Virus record (IMG/VR): IMGVR_UViG_3300033555_000001
Span: 96,001 to 160,000 of that record
Length of the DNA: 64,000 nucleotides
From: a virus
Taxonomy: Duplodnaviria > Caudoviricetes
Direction: 5' to 3' (one strand)
Shown here: positions 1 through 9,851 of the stretch, in pieces
Layout of the letters: each line of letters starts with the position of its first letter
Position numbering within the stretch: position 1 is the stretch's first letter
Position numbers and translations under genes: made by a program
The notes under the pieces: model-generated
What the model saw: only the letters and a program-made list of their open reading frames with translations
The model's database searches: none
What the model was told of the DNA's origin: nothing

Positions 1-999
1 GCGCCGGACAAAGTGCTCAACGCGGTGATGGAGCTTATTCAGTTTAAAAGTATCAACGGTCGTAAACTGCATAACTTAAAAGTAATCTGGGCTGCCATTA
101 ACCCAGCGGACGATCAGGGTGATTACACCGTATCGCACCTGGACAAGGCACTGCGTGATCGGTTCCACGTGCAAATTCAGGTTCCGTATAAATTAGACGA
201 GAATTATTTCAAGACAAAGTATCCTCAGACTGCTGATGCGTTTATTGCTTGGTGGTGCGATTTACCAACAGCAGTGCAGAAAACAGTATCGCCACGGCGG
301 TTGGATTACGCGGCGGCGGCCCATGAGAACGGCTGTTTACTCTCGGACTTTTTGCCGGCTGAATCTAACATAGGCAAGCTTAAAAAGGCAATCAAGGCTA
401 TTCCATTTCAGGAACAGCTCTCAGAATTACTGAGCAAAAACGATGCCACCTCTGCTGGTAATTTCCTGGCCGAAATTAACCACGCCACAAAACTGCTCTT
501 GCTGATCAATCAAAAAGATCCTACTGCGGTTCAGTTTTATAAGAAGTTCGGCGCTGTGTTGCCAAAAGAGCTGGTAAACGCGCTGGCGCCGCAGATTAGC
601 GCTTTTGAATCCGGCGCGCGAATTACTACCTTCAATGAACTACTGCCAGTGCTGAATGGAAAAGCTGGTGAAGTTGCTATTACGCAAGAGATTAATAGCG
701 TTGCGTTTGCGTACTCAAATGAAACACTGCACGATGCAGTAAAACGCGAGGTTGCCAGCCCCTCCATCGGGCTTAGAAAATTAGTCAACCATATGACTCT
801 TGTAATGTCTAGAGCACCCGAGCCAGTATTGCGGGCTGCAATGTTTAAGCCAGGTACTTGCGAGCGGTCTAATTTTGCCGCATTGGCGCTGTTTATTGCT
901 GACGCTGACAAAACTTTTGCCCTGTTTTCTAGAGAGGATCGCAAGAAAATTAACTCACACACGTATGCCTTGAAGTGCGCCGCGTCAAAGTGGATGTAA
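1..999 (+). CDS. MoxR-like AAA+ ATPase, C-terminal part (5' end outside window)
   Basis: Frame open from base 1; IWAAINP and LDKALRDRF sensor-1/Arg-finger motifs typical of MoxR/AAA_5; followed by vWA partner. Confidence 0.8.
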   Translation, partial: APDKVLNAVMELIQFKSINGRKLHNLKVIWAAINPADDQGDYTVSHLDKALRDRFHVQIQVPYKLDENYFKTKYPQTADAFIAWWCDLPTAVQKTVSPRRLDYAAAAHENGCLLSDFLPAESNIGKLKKAIKAIPFQEQLSELLSKNDATSAGNFLAEINHATKLLLLINQKDPTAVQFYKKFGAVLPKELVNALAPQISAFESGARITTFNELLPVLNGKAGEVAITQEINSVAFAYSNETLHDAVKREVASPSIGLRKLVNHMTLVMSRAPEPVLRAAMFKPGTCERSNFAALALFIADADKTFALFSREDRKKINSHTYALKCAASKWM

Positions 1000-1000
1000 T

Positions 1001-2323
1001 ATGAAGAGCACATTTAACTCAAGTGACACTGTAGCTCTTACCAGAGAAGAACTGCTTAAAATCAGTTTGGACTTGGAGCAGTATCACCGGGTATTCGACG
1101 CATTTTGGAACATGAGCCAGGTATTTTTTACTACTCGCGCGAATATCCGCACTGCAGCCGTGTGCTTTCCGCCGCATCAAAAGCCTCACATGCTGCTTAA
1201 CCGTAAATTCTGGGACTCACTAGACAACAACGGCCAGCTGTTTGTGATCTTGCATGAGTGCCTACACGTTATGTTGGACCATGGGCTCAGGAACGCACGT
1301 CATGTCACAGGAGCTACCGCACGCAAAATCAACATTGCTCAAGACATTACCATTAACGAGATGATTGCCGGGTTGTTTGGTTTTCCGCGCGGCTTGCTGC
1401 TAGGCTGGGAAAAATACTGCTGGATTGACACATGTTTTAAGAACCCAGAAACTATTGAGCACAATCAAGTATTTGAGTACTACCTTAGAAAGCTGATTGA
1501 ACAGGGTGCAGATCCTGAGGTGAGCACCGTTGATGATCACCGCGGATCCGGCGAGGATAGCGGTCCTGTTGATGATGAGGCCAACACTGCTGATGGCAGT
1601 CAAGAGGTTGAAAATAGCGATGATGGCGATCCAGATGACGCAGCGCAGGAGCTCGGTACTTACCTGTCTGCCGACGAGCTTGAGGCTCTACTGAAGCGCA
1701 CAGGTCCTGAGGGCGGCGCAGGTATTAAACACTCGCCATTTAGAACGGTGCTAGAAAAAATGGTGCCACCACGGTTAGATTTCAACACCATTGTGCAGCG
1801 CCTTAAACGCTCAGCAAAATCAAAAGAACAGCGCGCTGACCAGTCTTTTACTCGTGAAGACAGGCGCTTTAATTCTCTGCCCCGCAGCCTAAGCTTGCCA
1901 GGTAGTATTGATCGCAAACCAAATAACAACAAGCTTATTACGGCCGTGTTCTTTGACGTGTCTGGGTCGTGCATGCAACACATAAACGCATTCTCTGCAG
2001 TTAAAGATGCCTTTGAAAAAGAGACAAAGTTATTTGAAATGCGTGCGTACACCTTTGATACTGCGATTGCACCGGTAGATTTATCTGGCGATATTAGGAT
2101 TGGCGGTGGCACAGCATTTCATATTATTGAAGCAGAGTGCCAGCGAATAATGATGGAAGATGGCCGGTATCCTGATTGCGTGGTTGTTATTACCGATGGT
2201 TACGGCACTGCAGTTCACCCCGCTTACCCTGGTCGGTGGGTCTGGTTGCTCACGCCTGATGCAACTACCAAATTTATTCATAGTGCGTCCGGCGCTTGGG
2301 CAATCTCAAAGGTTACTTTTTAA
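1001..2323 (+). CDS. HExxH metallopeptidase-like (DUF2201-type) + vWA domain protein, MoxR partner
   Basis: LHECLH; acidic linker; MIDAS DVSGS, GGGTAF, VVITDG. Confidence 0.85.
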   Translation: MKSTFNSSDTVALTREELLKISLDLEQYHRVFDAFWNMSQVFFTTRANIRTAAVCFPPHQKPHMLLNRKFWDSLDNNGQLFVILHECLHVMLDHGLRNARHVTGATARKINIAQDITINEMIAGLFGFPRGLLLGWEKYCWIDTCFKNPETIEHNQVFEYYLRKLIEQGADPEVSTVDDHRGSGEDSGPVDDEANTADGSQEVENSDDGDPDDAAQELGTYLSADELEALLKRTGPEGGAGIKHSPFRTVLEKMVPPRLDFNTIVQRLKRSAKSKEQRADQSFTREDRRFNSLPRSLSLPGSIDRKPNNNKLITAVFFDVSGSCMQHINAFSAVKDAFEKETKLFEMRAYTFDTAIAPVDLSGDIRIGGGTAFHIIEAECQRIMMEDGRYPDCVVVITDGYGTAVHPAYPGRWVWLLTPDATTKFIHSASGAWAISKVTF

Positions 2324-2333
2324 TCGCAGCCTT

Positions 2334-2397
2334 GTTACACTTTTCAAGAAACCGTTACACTTCTCTAGTTTTCTCTGGCCGGATCCTGAGATATAAT
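2334..2397 (+). promoter_or_regulatory. Early-type promoter: TATAAT -10 with upstream tandem GTTACACTT repeats
   Basis: TATAAT 2392-2397 in intergenic gap; GTTACACTT at 2334 and 2354; ACCGTTACA also recurs at 5803. Confidence 0.5.
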
Positions 2398-2427
2398 TCT
2401 TCTTGTCAACAAGAGAGGAATTAAAGA

Positions 2428-3426
2428 ATGTCTAAATCATGCGCCGTACAATTCAATCAAACCGCAGGTCGCTGGGAAGCGATTTTCGCCGGTAAAGTTC
2501 TCTCCTCAAGCACGGATGTTGTTGGTGGTAAAGACTATATTATTCGCGTTATTGAGGGCGGCTTCAGCAAGAAAGCTCGCGTGCACAGTGTTACTAAATG
2601 CCAAATTATTGAATCCCAAATAACACCAAGTGCTGGTATTGAAACCTCCGCCCCAGTTGCTGTTGAAGTCTGCGCAGTTGAAAAAGAGTTCTTAATTAAC
2701 GAACGCTTCCAGATCATGGAAGACTATGTTGACATGGTTGCTGCACGCAGCCTTGCATCTACCATTGTTACTGGCGAGGGCGGCCTTGGTAAGACGTACA
2801 CCGTGATGAAAGCGCTGCGAAACAGCGGATTAAAAGACATTACTAAAATGGACATTGGCGCCAAATTTGACGGCCAGCGTGGTTATGTGGTTGTAAAGGG
2901 CTACAGTACTCCTAAGGGTTTGTTCCGCACTCTCTACGAGAATCGCAATCAAATCATTGTGTTTGATGATTGCGACAGCGTGCTCAGAGATCCAGTCGCC
3001 GTAAACATTCTAAAAGCCGCGCTTGATTCGTATGAAGAGCGTGTGGTAACGTGGAACGCAGAGAGCTGGAGCAACAGCGAAGATTTGCAAAAGAGCTTTG
3101 AGTTCACTGGTGGTGTGATCTTTATCTCAAACATGCCAAAAGCCAAAGTGCCGCAAGCAATTCGCTCACGCGCCATGTGTGCCGATGTTGGCATGACACG
3201 TGATGAGGTAATTGAGCGCATGCAGGTAATTGTTAACTCTGAAGAGTTCATGCCTGAGTTTGACGCTGAAATGAAAGAGGAAGCACTACAATTTGTTACT
3301 GAACACGCTTACCACCCGCTTATTACCGAACTTAACCTGCGATCCCTTGTAAACGTGATTAAGGCACGAGCTGCAAAGCCTGATTCTTGGAAGCGGCTGG
3401 GATTATATTCAATGGCCAACGGCTGA
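2428..3426 (+). CDS. AAA+ family ATPase
   Basis: Walker A GEGGLGKT, Walker B IIVFDDCD, FISN sensor, AIRSR; SD GAGG. Confidence 0.8.
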   Translation: MSKSCAVQFNQTAGRWEAIFAGKVLSSSTDVVGGKDYIIRVIEGGFSKKARVHSVTKCQIIESQITPSAGIETSAPVAVEVCAVEKEFLINERFQIMEDYVDMVAARSLASTIVTGEGGLGKTYTVMKALRNSGLKDITKMDIGAKFDGQRGYVVVKGYSTPKGLFRTLYENRNQIIVFDDCDSVLRDPVAVNILKAALDSYEERVVTWNAESWSNSEDLQKSFEFTGGVIFISNMPKAKVPQAIRSRAMCADVGMTRDEVIERMQVIVNSEEFMPEFDAEMKEEALQFVTEHAYHPLITELNLRSLVNVIKARAAKPDSWKRLGLYSMANG

Positions 3427-3440
3427 TGTTTGGAGGAACT

Positions 3441-3659
3441 ATGAATCTTTCTAGAAGCCAGTTAAAAGATCATGCACTGCACTTGAAGTGCACAACCTGC
3501 GGCCATGAACAGACCGTTATTCCGGCCGCAGGAATTGTGGAAGAAGACGGCGACATCTGTTTTTACTTTGGTTCTTCAGCTCACTTCTGCGATGAATGCG
3601 ATGGTGGTGTGTTAGACGGAATGCGGGTGACCCACTGCGATTTTAAAAAGAGGAACTGA
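3441..3659 (+). CDS. Small zinc-finger protein
   Basis: GGAGG SD before ATG 3441; CTTC and CDEC. Confidence 0.6.
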   Translation: MNLSRSQLKDHALHLKCTTCGHEQTVIPAAGIVEEDGDICFYFGSSAHFCDECDGGVLDGMRVTHCDFKKRN

Positions 3660-3660
3660 T

Positions 3661-4146
3661 ATGCTCTATACCCCTCAAGAACCGTGTGAGCCTGGCACCC
3701 CTGGCAAGTGCCCGCTCTCTCACGATGCAGTCACCCACATGCCTCCCGGCAAGTATTTCATCGGAGATCCTGGACTGGTACTTGATAGCCTATGGGACGA
3801 GGTACTTGAAGCAACTCAAGTTTTTGATCAACACCGAACTTCACTCGCTGGATTCGAGCTTTGGGGCGCACGCACAGCTCAGTCCTTCAAACACGTCTTC
3901 ACAGATCAAAATGATGCCGAGTATTATGTCTATGATGGTGTACTTGGCTGTGTTCCTATTGAGCTCATCGAAGATCCGCACGGAGAGGATTTTGGCACGG
4001 TTGTCGATGCTCCTCTTGGGCTAGAAATATCAGTCTTTAAGGGCGTGTTTAGATTTGGCGATATTGTTATCAACACTAATCTGCCTCAAGAAGACAGTAA
4101 TAATGGGCACGACCTTGATCCAGAGGACGACCGGTTGGTGCCGTAG
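3661..4146 (+). CDS. Hypothetical phage protein
   Basis: GAGG SD; GKYFIGDP motif common in phage hypotheticals. Confidence 0.65.
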   Translation: MLYTPQEPCEPGTPGKCPLSHDAVTHMPPGKYFIGDPGLVLDSLWDEVLEATQVFDQHRTSLAGFELWGARTAQSFKHVFTDQNDAEYYVYDGVLGCVPIELIEDPHGEDFGTVVDAPLGLEISVFKGVFRFGDIVINTNLPQEDSNNGHDLDPEDDRLVP

Positions 4147-4170
4147 AGGGGCAATAAATATCCTAAACAC

Positions 4171-4602
4171 TTGGAGAATATTTTGCCTGAAAAATTGCGG
4201 AACAGCCTTATTCACAAAGCGGCGGCGGGTTTATTAGTTATTGGTTATCAATTAAAAGAACTCCTAGATGCCTATGATTTTTTTGCTGAGCGCTATCCGC
4301 CCGAATCGCTGTCAGACGAAATGGTGCTGCGAGATCTAGAAATTTCTATTATTGCGCTTGGCTATTTGCCGCATCAAGTAGCTGCTACAGTAACTGCGTG
4401 GCAGAAAAACGAGGAGCAAGAGCTCAGCGTTATGGGGTTTGAAGTCAATGTGCTCAACGAGCTAGCAGTGCACTTGCATACTATTTCAAGCTTCATGACT
4501 ACTCGCGACGTTAAAATAGATTACAAACCGCTGTTGATCAATGAAGCTTTTACGGCACTTAGAGTTGCAAATAGACTAATTGCGCACTCCAGAACTGCGT
4601 AG
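4171..4602 (+). CDS. Hypothetical protein
   Basis: 143-aa ORF, TTG start, operon packing. Confidence 0.55.
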   Translation: MENILPEKLRNSLIHKAAAGLLVIGYQLKELLDAYDFFAERYPPESLSDEMVLRDLEISIIALGYLPHQVAATVTAWQKNEEQELSVMGFEVNVLNELAVHLHTISSFMTTRDVKIDYKPLLINEAFTALRVANRLIAHSRTA

Positions 4603-4677
4603 ACCTGAATTCTCTTAAACCATTTACTGCTGCAAGTTGTTAAAATTAATCTTTCAATAACCTACTGAGAGATACAA

Positions 4678-4971
4678 ATGGCGCGCGCTAAAACTGGGTA
4701 CCCACGGGGCAGGCAACGCAATGGTGAAACCCGGCCAACGATCCCAAAAAACGTGCGGCGCTGCGCGCGTCGTGCTGAACGTATCGCTGCTGAACCAAAT
4801 TACGCTGGGAAATTAGCAGAAAATATGCGCACCTGGCGTGCTAATAATCCAGAGCGCGCGAAAGAGATCTCAAGGAATGCTTATCTTCGCAAGAAAAATT
4901 GGGACACCTGTGGCAATAAGTTTGGGGTAGCTGGTGACTTCACCGTTAAACGAAAAGCTAAAAAGGCTTAA
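4678..4971 (+). CDS. Small basic protein, possibly nucleic-acid binding
   Basis: R/K-rich; WRANNPER helix like HNH-endonuclease N-termini. Confidence 0.55.
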   Translation: MARAKTGYPRGRQRNGETRPTIPKNVRRCARRAERIAAEPNYAGKLAENMRTWRANNPERAKEISRNAYLRKKNWDTCGNKFGVAGDFTVKRKAKKA

Positions 4972-5001
4972 TTAATTTCTTGCACCTAAATCAAAAATAA
5001 A

Positions 5002-5790
5002 ATGTCAACAGATAAAACCACGCTAGGTGACCGCATTAAATCGTATGAGGCCGCCTCTACCTCTAGGTGTGCCGTTAAAGGCGAACCAATTATTGCCAGA
5101 TTAGACGGCCGCGCCTTTCATACTTTTACTCAAGGGCTAGAGCGGCCATATGACGCACGGCTCTCAGCGCTTATGAGCGAGACGCTCAAGGCTCTGGTAG
5201 AAAATACTGGGGCAAAGATTGGCTACCAACAAAGCGATGAAATATCGCTGGTTTGGTATGTACCCGCTGATTCTACAACGCAGTACCCGCACGGCGGTCG
5301 CTTTCAAAAATTAGACAGCTTGCTTGCCGCCTACGCAAGCTCGTACTTTAACAGCAGAATTCCAAAGTTGCTGCCTGAGAAAAGTGGAACACTGGCACTC
5401 TTTGATGCGCGCACCTTTTCAGTACCTGATTTGCAGACAGCGTATGAGTGCCTGCTCTGGAGGCAGCGAGATTCTTTGAAAAATTCAATCAGCATGGCGG
5501 CTCAATCAGTGTGTAGCCACCGTGAGCTACAGGGTCTTAACGGCCTGCAAATGAAGACCCTAATGGCGGAACGAGGTTTAGAATACAGCCGTCTTCCAGA
5601 GTTCTTTAAATTAGGAGTTTTTGCACAGCGCACAAAGGTGAGTAGACGGCTCTCTGTAGAAGAACTAGCAAAATTGCCGGAGTGTGCCAGGACGGATGGT
5701 CTGGTAGTGCGGCCGGTGACTTCATTAGTGCATATTAATCTAGAGCATCTTGCAGATCCAATAGAGCAGCTATTTGGGTTGCAATTGTAA
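5002..5790 (+). CDS. thg1: tRNA(His) guanylyltransferase Thg1-like 3'-5' polymerase
   Basis: IIARLDGRAFHTFT, YQQSDEISL, FDAR, WRQRD Thg1 motifs. Confidence 0.9.
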   Translation: MSTDKTTLGDRIKSYEAASTSRCAVKGEPIIARLDGRAFHTFTQGLERPYDARLSALMSETLKALVENTGAKIGYQQSDEISLVWYVPADSTTQYPHGGRFQKLDSLLAAYASSYFNSRIPKLLPEKSGTLALFDARTFSVPDLQTAYECLLWRQRDSLKNSISMAAQSVCSHRELQGLNGLQMKTLMAERGLEYSRLPEFFKLGVFAQRTKVSRRLSVEELAKLPECARTDGLVVRPVTSLVHINLEHLADPIEQLFGLQL

Positions 5791-5877
5791 CGGACTAAAA
5801 CCACCGTTACAATTTAGTCAAGCACTATTTCCTGGTTCATGATATTATGGCTCTGTGCTAAACAACCAGGGAACAAT

Positions 5878-5967
5878 ATGTTAAAAGTTTTAAAACTCCA
5901 GGCCGAAATTTTTGTGATTGATGTGCAACTGGCTGTTAACTCGTTTCTGACTTTTATCTATTTGTAA
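5878..5967 (+). CDS. Possible 29-aa hydrophobic peptide
   Basis: ATG after AGGGA, downstream of promoter-like motif; fills gap before 5969. Confidence 0.35.
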   Translation: MLKVLKLQAEIFVIDVQLAVNSFLTFIYL

Positions 5968-5968
5968 C

Positions 5969-6277
5969 ATGACTAATGAGACGCAGTTAAGCGCGCAGGA
6001 ACTGATAGACCGTGGTTATCGCATGGTCTCTAATTCCGGTCGAATGGTTGCAAGAATCGACCGAGAAGACTGGGTTGGTTCAATGGCCAGAAGGATGAGA
6101 GTAAACCCAAGGGATTTTTATGATCATCGCGGATTTCCAAGTAGCCAATGGTGTGATTATTATCGCAGAATGTTCAGCAGAGATGTGCTGATCGTTAACG
6201 AGGAAATTCTTAGTAAGATTCCAACATCTGGGCATGATCCAGTTGGATATGTGAAGTGCCAGGTTAACCCTGAATAA
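5969..6277 (+). CDS. Hypothetical protein
   Basis: 102-aa ORF ending before terminator. Confidence 0.55.
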   Translation: MTNETQLSAQELIDRGYRMVSNSGRMVARIDREDWVGSMARRMRVNPRDFYDHRGFPSSQWCDYYRRMFSRDVLIVNEEILSKIPTSGHDPVGYVKCQVNPE

Positions 6278-6297
6278 AGAATGTAGCGCATACTAAT

Positions 6298-6319
6298 CGA
6301 GGGACCACTTGGTCCCTCG
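6298..6319. terminator. Hairpin between convergent genes (likely bidirectional terminator)
   Basis: CGAGGGACC-ACTT-GGTCCCTCG perfect 9-bp stem. Confidence 0.7.
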
Positions 6320-6339
6320 GCTGTTTCTAGTGCTGAGAA

Positions 6340-6888
6340 TTACTTCTTCATTGATTTGATATCGTCTTCATCAAAATACAAGACGTCGTAGGCGGAAATA
6401 TCTCCATCGCCTGCATGCTCTGCACTTAACTCATCAGCTCGTTCAAATGCAGCGCCCTTTTGCATTGGGCCTTCAACTGGCTTGTCCATGTGATCAACAA
6501 CATAATGACCAGGTTCAGTAACTTTAAAATGCTCGGCGCCCTCTTTAATTCCAAGCTTTTTACGGATGCGATCTGCTTCTTTGTCGCGCCATGCGTCGTC
6601 TTTTGCTAAAAATTTACGATCATTGGATCCAAGCGCCGCTTGAAGATCTTTATCAAGAATAACTCCTGGCTTTTTGCCTGCTGCCAAGTTCTTAAGAGCA
6701 ATATCGAGTGCGTCTTCTTTGTTACCAGTAACGCCAGCGCGCTTGGCCTTTAGCCGCTCACGCTCTTTTTTCAATTTCTCAAGCTTGTCATTATTTTTGA
6801 ACAGACCAAATATCTCAGTGATTTGTTCGTCAGAGGTCTCGGGGCCATCTATAAAGAGCGAGAATTTTTTAAAAGAAATATCGGACAT
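6340..6888 (-). CDS. Hypothetical late (probable virion/internal head) protein
   Basis: Charged 182-aa ORF; TAAATA late motif at 6916-6921 (-); ITE site near N-terminus. Confidence 0.6.
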   Translation of the reverse strand: MSDISFKKFSLFIDGPETSDEQITEIFGLFKNNDKLEKLKKERERLKAKRAGVTGNKEDALDIALKNLAAGKKPGVILDKDLQAALGSNDRKFLAKDDAWRDKEADRIRKKLGIKEGAEHFKVTEPGHYVVDHMDKPVEGPMQKGAAFERADELSAEHAGDGDISAYDVLYFDEDDIKSMKK

Positions 6889-7011
6889 GCTGTCAACCTA
6901 GAGAGTTAGATCAATTATTTAGCGGAATAGGCAGTGATCCCACCACCGGCTGTACAGCTACAGGGATTTAGATTTAGAATAACAGTATTAAAATAAAGTC
7001 TGGAGCCAGAC

Positions 7012-7443
7012 ATGAGCGTTGAAAATTTAGTACAAGACGGCGAGAACCAGGCAGTACGAGTATTCTTGAGATTTTACCATCCTGACAATTGCGCCACAAC
7101 TGAGTTTATGCGCGAGATGATGGCCGGGTCAGGCTATCCGCACTGGCCAGAGTGGGCTTTTGAAAATGAACTGCTCACAAAAGCTAGTGCTCAAGCGTGG
7201 ATTAGATACCTGTTTAGCCTAGAGCCAGCAAAGTCAGAAACCCAGAGCACTGAGTTTTACAAGGGAATACAGCACGCACTGCATATTGCGGAAGATGAAA
7301 AAGCTAACATAACACAAAAATACATTGATCGCATCAATCAAGACAGAGCAGAAATGAATGGAAATATGAATTGGGCCAGGCTTGAGGGCGCAGTCTGCGT
7401 TGTGGAAAAACTAAAACAGTCTTTGGGTTTATCAACACTATGA
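7012..7443 (+). CDS. Hypothetical protein
   Basis: GGAG SD; TGTACA..TAGAAT promoter-like motif upstream. Confidence 0.65.
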   Translation: MSVENLVQDGENQAVRVFLRFYHPDNCATTEFMREMMAGSGYPHWPEWAFENELLTKASAQAWIRYLFSLEPAKSETQSTEFYKGIQHALHIAEDEKANITQKYIDRINQDRAEMNGNMNWARLEGAVCVVEKLKQSLGLSTL

Positions 7444-7766
7444 CGCGTCAATTTGTACTTGTTAAAGCCACAATCAGCGAACAGGGTTTTGCTGACAGGC
7501 AGGGCAGCGGAATCTGCAAATTAAAGCGTAACCAGAACTTATCAGAGTTTATAACGCAGTACACACTTGATCGTGGGTTTAGTAATCTAGAACTGTACGA
7601 GCGTGGCAGTAGTACAGCCGCTATTTTTAGAACTGACACTCAGATCATGACTTGGAACTTTACAGTGTACGGCGAAGATGATATAATGCAGGCTATAGTT
7701 AATCTTTCTCGCGAAGAGCTTATTAGAGATCTGCAGGAAATCCTTCCATTAAAGGAATTACAATGA
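7440..7766 (+). CDS. Hypothetical protein
   Basis: ATGA overlap coupling. Confidence 0.6.
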   Translation: MTRQFVLVKATISEQGFADRQGSGICKLKRNQNLSEFITQYTLDRGFSNLELYERGSSTAAIFRTDTQIMTWNFTVYGEDDIMQAIVNLSREELIRDLQEILPLKELQ

Positions 7767-8383
7767 CTAAAGTTTTTGGAATTAGCGGTGCACAGGGCGC
7801 TGGCAAATCAACTTTGCTGGCAGGTCTGGAAAAACGGCTGTACGTTGTAGACAATTTTAAAGTATCGCGAGCTGTGCAAGAACAACTGGGTTGGAGTTCA
7901 CTTGATCGAGTCATGGATTCACCAGAGAGCATGATGGAGTTTCAGCGAGCGGTGTTTGATCAAAAGTACAAAAACGACCGAGCACTATTGCAGCGCTCAA
8001 AGATAACCTCTGACGTGATTTTAACCGAGCGCACGTTTGCAGACATTTCCGCGTATACTTCGCATTGGGTGTGGGAGTTTGTGCATACTGACCGCCTTGA
8101 TATTGAAGAAGGCCTGAAGTTTTTAAGAATTTTTAATGTTGATTGCAGCGCAGCTCATACTGAGATTTATGCTGGCACACTTTTACTTCCACTGATGCCG
8201 CACGTGCAGTTTGAAAACGATCCAAACCGCGCCAAGGAAAGAGACGCCAGTAAAATATACGCTGACGTCTTTAGGTTCTGCGAAAAGAAACTTTCAATAC
8301 GGCATCCAAGGTTTGAAATAACTGCAAAGACTACTGAGGATCGTGTTAAGCAAGTAGTAACATTCATTAATGGAGTTGCATAA
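7763..8383 (+). CDS. P-loop nucleotide (dNMP/NadR-type) kinase
   Basis: N-terminal GAQGAGKST, ILTERT motif, DPNR lid. Confidence 0.7.
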   Translation: MTKVFGISGAQGAGKSTLLAGLEKRLYVVDNFKVSRAVQEQLGWSSLDRVMDSPESMMEFQRAVFDQKYKNDRALLQRSKITSDVILTERTFADISAYTSHWVWEFVHTDRLDIEEGLKFLRIFNVDCSAAHTEIYAGTLLLPLMPHVQFENDPNRAKERDASKIYADVFRFCEKKLSIRHPRFEITAKTTEDRVKQVVTFINGVA

Positions 8384-8384
8384 T

Positions 8385-8582
8385 ATGAAGTCCGTTCAGA
8401 CGCTACTGCTGTTTGTGCTGGCATGCCTGGCGATTGTTGGTGTTGGTATGTTTGCGCTCATGAGTGTGCAGGGTGCTACTCAGTTATATCACTTAGTTCA
8501 ACTAAAAGAAAACTGTCGAGAAACCGACAGGGCCCTGATAAAATCAGGTGGTAAATTAATTTGCGCGGCACCCGAGCGCTAA
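8385..8582 (+). CDS. Small membrane protein
   Basis: GGAG SD; N-terminal TM helix. Confidence 0.5.
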   Translation: MKSVQTLLLFVLACLAIVGVGMFALMSVQGATQLYHLVQLKENCRETDRALIKSGGKLICAAPER

Positions 8583-8612
8583 TACCAACTTTAAGTGCTT
8601 AAGGAGAATGCT

Positions 8613-8795
8613 ATGGGTAAAGACCGAGGATTCAAAGAAATTACGGGTGCAATGATCACAAAAATTAATGTCTCAGCTGTCAATGAGGTAATTTTGTATG
8701 ACAGCAACACAAATACACGATACATTATAGAAGCAGAAATAGGGCCGTTAGGTATTCCAGAAATTTCCCTAAGGGTTGACAATAATGTCTCCTGA
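8613..8795 (+). CDS. Hypothetical protein
   Basis: AAGGAG SD; 60 aa. Confidence 0.5.
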   Translation: MGKDRGFKEITGAMITKINVSAVNEVILYDSNTNTRYIIEAEIGPLGIPEISLRVDNNVS

Positions 8796-8973
8796 AAAAT
8801 TCAGAAAATTTTTATTTGCGGTGTGGTTGCTGTTGGTACTTAGCTTTGTAATAGGAGTAACTGTGCTGATGGTAGTCACACAACATCGCATTACTGACGC
8901 CGCGCTGTTACGCAGCGCCATGAGCAGCGCTGCGTTTGGTGGCACTGCGGGCATACCTCTAGAAAGAAAATAA
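8785..8973 (+). CDS. Small membrane protein
   Basis: One TM helix; overlaps neighbours. Confidence 0.5.
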   Translation: MSPEKFRKFLFAVWLLLVLSFVIGVTVLMVVTQHRITDAALLRSAMSSAAFGGTAGIPLERK

Positions 8974-9593
8974 TGGCGTACACTAAAGCATATTCAAGAC
9001 ATCATCCCGGAAAATTTGCGCTTTTAATTGATTGGGAAACAAGTGGTGCAGAATTTGGCGCTGACTCGTCAAAGCGCTTTCAGGGCCTGGCGTACGGTGC
9101 CATTATTTTTGACACCACGACCTTTGAAGCAGTTGATGAAGTTTACTGCGAAATGCACTTTGACGACACCAAGTACGAGTGGACTGAAGCTGCCGAAAAA
9201 ATTCATGGCCTGAGCCGTGAGCATTTGTTGGCAAATGGCGTCTCCCGTGAAGAAGGACTTGCACTGTTGCTTGAGCTCATTCTCAAATACATTCCGCCTG
9301 GTTCCAAGGTTATGATTGGTGGTCATAACTGTAATTTTGACATGGACTTTACTAATCAGCTCTTTGCTGATTTTGGGCTAGAGATTGTATTTCACCACGT
9401 GGTGCTTGATACCAGTTCTTTAGCCTTTACTCTGATTGGTGAGTACAAATCAGATGTGGTGTTTGACTTGCTGGGTGGTATTGAAAAACGTAATCTGCAC
9501 AATGCCTTAGAAGACGCCAAGGCCACTCTTGCTGTGCTCAGAAACGCGCGTCAAATCTTTGAAAAAGGTCTTGCAGCTGATATTGCAGGGTGA
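8973..9593 (+). CDS. DEDDh 3'-5' exonuclease (DnaQ/RNase T-like)
   Basis: LIDWETSG, GHNCNFD, LDT, HNALEDA. Confidence 0.88.
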   Translation: MAYTKAYSRHHPGKFALLIDWETSGAEFGADSSKRFQGLAYGAIIFDTTTFEAVDEVYCEMHFDDTKYEWTEAAEKIHGLSREHLLANGVSREEGLALLLELILKYIPPGSKVMIGGHNCNFDMDFTNQLFADFGLEIVFHHVVLDTSSLAFTLIGEYKSDVVFDLLGGIEKRNLHNALEDAKATLAVLRNARQIFEKGLAADIAG

Positions 9594-9605
9594 GGTGAAC
9601 AAATC

Positions 9606-9851
9606 ATGAACGCACAGCGCGGTATAACTTTGTCTGCTCAAGAGGTTGATTTTGCGGCGGGGGCTATTAAATCCTTACGTGAATCTCTTGAACAGCACGC
9701 TTCATGGCTTAAAAATCATCAGGGCATACCTCTTCCAGGAACAGGTATTGCAATTAGCGAAATTAACAGTGAAGTCTGTGCTTTACTAACTTTAGAATTA
9801 AAGCTGATGAAAACATGCTTTAGTTTTGCAACACCTAATGATTCAATATGA
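9606..9851 (+). CDS. Hypothetical protein
   Basis: GAGGTG SD. Confidence 0.55.
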   Translation: MNAQRGITLSAQEVDFAAGAIKSLRESLEQHASWLKNHQGIPLPGTGIAISEINSEVCALLTLELKLMKTCFSFATPNDSI

